Source: Promethearchaeota archaeon (GTDB lineage Archaea > Asgardarchaeota > Lokiarchaeia > Sigyniarchaeales > SOKP01). Taken from it: 31,273 nucleotides of DNA. This document shows positions 28,089 to 31,273 of this stretch, in pieces. How positions within the stretch are numbered: position 1 is the first letter of the stretch; each line of letters starts with the position of its first letter. Position numbers and translations under genes: made by a program. Location: the NCBI GenBank assembly GCA_019058245.1, contig JAHPZJ010000009.1, positions 1 to 31,273 of the forward strand. The letters are read 5' to 3'. The notes below the pieces were generated by a model. It searched no databases. It saw only the letters and a program-made list of their open reading frames with translations, and was not told the origin of the DNA.

Positions 28089-28162
28089 CTCTTAATAACA
28101 CTGCAGCTTAATTTTGATAAATAGAGAGATGATAAAATCTCTCAAAAAAAAAAATAATATCT

Positions 28163-29008
28163 CTAAAGTAAAAGAAATAATTCTAATAAGAATGTATCTA
28201 AATTCAAATCCTTGAATAATTTCATATTATTAAAAAGATAGGCATAAATTTTTTCCTCACTAAAATATTTAAAACACGCATTTTTCCCTTTTTCTTCTTT
28301 CAGAATATTGATAATATCCGATAGAATAGTTTTTAAATTTTTAAAGACTAAATCCGTATCACTTTTAATTATATTGATATCTTTAATATTGAACCAGGAT
28401 TCTTTACTGAAAGTAATATTTTTTAACTCTGGTTTATTCCTGAAATCTTTTTGGTTTTTTAAAGTTTTAAATTTTTTTTCTATTTTATTAAGTATTATGC
28501 TTTTTGATTTAGAATACATTTTTTTTTCTATAACATTTCTTAACATAATTAAAATCTTTTGAAAAATACCTAAAATATCAAAAAAATCTGCCATTTGGGC
28601 TAAATTTTCCACTTCTCCCCACTGATCATAATAATCTTCTATTTCATTAAGAAATGGGAGAAAAATATTGATATCTCCATCCCAATTATGACCTTTTTTT
28701 TCCCAAACAGGAGTAAATTCTTTTACAAAAGCATTTTTAATAACATTTAATCTCCCTAAAAGAATCTCAGTTTTTATATGTTTTGTATCAGCAGCAACGA
28801 ACAGTAATTTCAACTTTTCTTCTAGTATATAAACCCATCTTAAACCCCCCATTTCTATAGAATCCAATGATTCTTTAAACTCAACCATAGAAAAATGGTG
28901 AAAAGCCGTTAAAAAACCAGAAACAATATCTTCATCTGCATCTGTTTTCAAAAAGGATCTATATAATAATTTAACTCCAGATTCTGCATCTAATATCCAA
29001 ATTATCAT
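28163..29008 (-). CDS. Longin-like (profilin/roadblock-related fold) N-terminal domain plus helical C-terminal domain, Asgard-type
   Basis: IWILDAESG..L.Y, D.D.VSGFLTAF..F, ESLDSIEMG, LLFV.AD, L..I...F...F pattern. Confidence 0.7.
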   Translation of the reverse strand: MIIWILDAESGVKLLYRSFLKTDADEDIVSGFLTAFHHFSMVEFKESLDSIEMGGLRWVYILEEKLKLLFVAADTKHIKTEILLGRLNVIKNAFVKEFTPVWEKKGHNWDGDINIFLPFLNEIEDYYDQWGEVENLAQMADFFDILGIFQKILIMLRNVIEKKMYSKSKSIILNKIEKKFKTLKNQKDFRNKPELKNITFSKESWFNIKDINIIKSDTDLVFKNLKTILSDIINILKEEKGKNACFKYFSEEKIYAYLFNNMKLFKDLNLDTFLLELFLLL

Positions 29009-29172
29009 ATTATGAACGATAATAAATAGCTTTTCTATAAGAGTTAATAAATATAATAATCATTTAAATTATTTCAAACTTCATTATATTACCAAGTAAT
29101 AGAAGAAACTATAGAGAGTATAGCGAGTAATTATTATTATTTAAACTAATTCCTTCTAAAAAATTTACATTT

Positions 29173-29829
29173 TTATTCTCTAAAGTATTTAAAAATTACT
29201 TTAATTATTAAATCTTGAAAACATTTAATAACATTTTTCCCGTATAATGCTTCTGTGGGATAAAGTATATATGTTCCATCAGAGTATTTTTCTTGAAGGG
29301 GAAGACCTAAATGAATTTTAAAAGCTTTAATTTGGATTGCATCTTTCAAATCTCTTTTATTTAACTGAATCAAGTAAGGTATACCTTTGGGTTTTGCGAA
29401 ACTTATTAATTCTCGAAAACTTCTTTTATTCTGTTCTAACTTCTCTGGATTTGAATCTCCTACAAACATAACACCATCAGCTCCCTCCAATACATACTCA
29501 CGAGTAGATAAAAAACGTTCTTGGCCAGTGCATGTTATTATATGACAAATAATATTGAATTTGATATCGTTTAAATTAAACTTGAATAAAAGGTATAATG
29601 AATCTTCCCATAAAGTTCTTCCTTCAGTAGTTTCTATTGAATAACCCTGAGTAAGTCTAAGTAAATCAAATTTTTCACGTAATCTAATAAAATTTGTGGT
29701 TTTTCCACTTTCCCCAGGACCCCAATAGACTATTTTAAACTGAATTAAATTTTCTGAATCGTTAAAATTAAAATTTTCACTTAGTTTTACACCTTCTCTT
29801 CCTTTATTTAATCCTGGTTTAATTTCCAT
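29173..29829 (-). CDS. MglA-like small GTPase
   Basis: KIVYWGPGESGKTTN, T.EGRTL..D, TCTGQ (MglA-type TxxGQ rather than DxxGQ), GADGVMFVGDS, QLNKRDL. Confidence 0.85.
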   Translation of the reverse strand: MEIKPGLNKGREGVKLSENFNFNDSENLIQFKIVYWGPGESGKTTNFIRLREKFDLLRLTQGYSIETTEGRTLWEDSLYLLFKFNLNDIKFNIICHIITCTGQERFLSTREYVLEGADGVMFVGDSNPEKLEQNKRSFRELISFAKPKGIPYLIQLNKRDLKDAIQIKAFKIHLGLPLQEKYSDGTYILYPTEALYGKNVIKCFQDLIIKVIFKYFRE

Positions 29830-30084
29830 GGTATTGATTCAAATTAATTTTATCAAGAATTATTAATAATAATTTTTGGCTCTCTATCTATTTGTTTTGT
29901 TCCAGTTTTACATAGTTTTCTATTTAATTACCCATAAGAGTATCTATTGTCATTTAATACTTTAACTATTTCATTTTTGACTAAAATTTGATAATATAAA
30001 TTATCAATTTTTCTCATATTGAATATTCTTTAATATTGATTATACGAAGATTATATAAAGAAAAAACTTCTATTCTAGGAAGAA

Positions 30085-31002
30085 TCAGATCACTTCTAAT
30101 CTTGAACTTTTAGTAAAGTTAAGCTCCTTTTCATTTGAATATGAATTTAATTTTAAGAAAAGGTTAGATATTTTAACATTATCTCCATCATTAATCGATT
30201 TTATACACTCAATAGCTTTTAATCCCCAAATGTTTATTCTTATTGAGTCAGTATTATCATTTAATATTAATTTAAGAAGAAAAGATTTTTCTCCATCCTT
30301 TAATGTTAATTCCCTTAACTCATCAATATGCACAATTCCCTTTACATATCTTATAAATCCCTCTTTTTCTTGAAGATTTTTAATTCTAAAAGAAAATTTT
30401 TTTTCAATTTCTTTTTCCTTAACTTTTTCTGGACGGTTTTGTTCTATTAGTTCAGGTAGGATTACTCCATCAGGAGCTAACACTAACTTTCCTTTATTAC
30501 TTAGATGAACTTCAAGATCGTTATCAATTCCTTTTTTAGAGTATCCTCCAATAACTTGAATAATTTCATCCTTTTTGAAATATTTATTTTCCATGTTTTT
30601 GACTTGCTGATTCCATAAAACAATTTTGATGCAATCATATTTATCACATATTTGAAAAGATCCTACAAATCCTAACGTATTATCCTTTTTGGTAAATTTT
30701 TTTATCTTAAAAATCTCTTTAATTCTTCCCGTAATTACTATATTTTGCATTCCTTCAATTATATCGGAAATATTAATTGCAAAATCATTGTAATCAATAA
30801 GTTCTTCAATTTCATTTTGGATATTAGGATCAGAAGAATAGATATTGATGCCATTTTCTTTGCCCACCAAATAAAGGGCACCCTCCTTTGTCATAAATCC
30901 TTGATATTCCTGAAGTTTTACATTGATTTTGGAATTAATTTCTTCTTCACTAAATCCAAGTTCCATTAAAGCTTCATATATCTGTTCTGCTCGTTCTGTC
31001 AT
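30085..31002 (-). CDS. RPA/SSB-like protein with two OB folds and an N-terminal helical domain
   Basis: G.MTKEGALYLVGKE.G N-domain; F.KKD...G.V....D....I.IVLW and L.D.TDSIRINIWG OB patterns. Confidence 0.8.
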   Translation of the reverse strand: MTERAEQIYEALMELGFSEEEINSKINVKLQEYQGFMTKEGALYLVGKENGINIYSSDPNIQNEIEELIDYNDFAINISDIIEGMQNIVITGRIKEIFKIKKFTKKDNTLGFVGSFQICDKYDCIKIVLWNQQVKNMENKYFKKDEIIQVIGGYSKKGIDNDLEVHLSNKGKLVLAPDGVILPELIEQNRPEKVKEKEIEKKFSFRIKNLQEKEGFIRYVKGIVHIDELRELTLKDGEKSFLLKLILNDNTDSIRINIWGLKAIECIKSINDGDNVKISNLFLKLNSYSNEKELNFTKSSRLEVI

Positions 31003-31273
31003 ATTTATTAAAACAAAATTTTATTCAAAATTTAAAATCAAAGCTTCGATGCTGAATCTTATTAGAATCTAGACAATAATTCCAATTATATTCTATAGAT
31101 CTATTTTCTTCAAAGAAAACTCCATATTTATGGAAATAATGCAATAAAGCATCAAATTCCTTTTTTTCGCATTTATCTTTACTGCTGAATTTGGCAGAAA
31201 TTGTTGTTCACTTCTATACAATTTTTAAACCTTAAAAAACAATAGATTGAAAAATATTTAAAGAAAAAATGAA

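Noticed and set aside
29928-30017. 29-aa minus-strand ORF (MRKIDNLYYQILVKNEIVKVLNDNRYSYG) upstream of the MglA-like gene, possibly an MglB remnant
   Set aside because: Too short, no SD and no roadblock pattern
31025-31221. Possible small minus-strand ORF upstream of RPA
   Set aside because: Needs a frameshift to stay open and has no recognisable motif
1-31273. CRISPR array, prophage or defence island
   Set aside because: No regularly spaced repeats and no cas, viral, reverse transcriptase or transposase genes recognised

Overview
AT-rich archaeal chromosomal window, very likely from an Asgard archaeon (Lokiarchaeia-like). The call rests on a compact ESCRT locus (Vps2/24/46-like ESCRT-III, Vps4, Vps25-like, Vps22/36-like), a Rab-like small GTPase, a longin-like gene next to an MglA-like GTPase, an intron-containing tRNA-Gly(GCC) and archaeal housekeeping genes (Nip7, Nop2/RsmB, CYTH, Dus, MtnA, RPA). 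The remainder is metabolic: PfkB kinase, NDP-sugar pyrophosphorylase, acyl-CoA ligase, HAD and MBL hydrolases, 3-hydroxyacyl-CoA dehydrogenase, glucan phosphorylase, PhzF and a CDF transporter. I saw no transposase, integrase or CRISPR array. The least explained signals are: (1) a ~160-nt intergenic element at 27931-28088 with two crossing long-range helices (pseudoknot or switch), a GAGA tetraloop hairpin and G-U pairs on the + strand only, a candidate undescribed ncRNA; (2) two tandem 3-TM chemoreceptor-like paralogs differing by a symmetric 21+21 aa hairpin indel, each preceded by a conserved ~130-bp non-coding element; (3) a MIM1-like motif in the N-terminal extension of Vps25; (4) a tRNA intron whose BHB fits position 38/39; (5) an unannotated 48-aa ORF behind the tRNA; (6) an MBL hydrolase with no canonical in-frame start codon. 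All calls come from motif recognition by eye; no searches were run.
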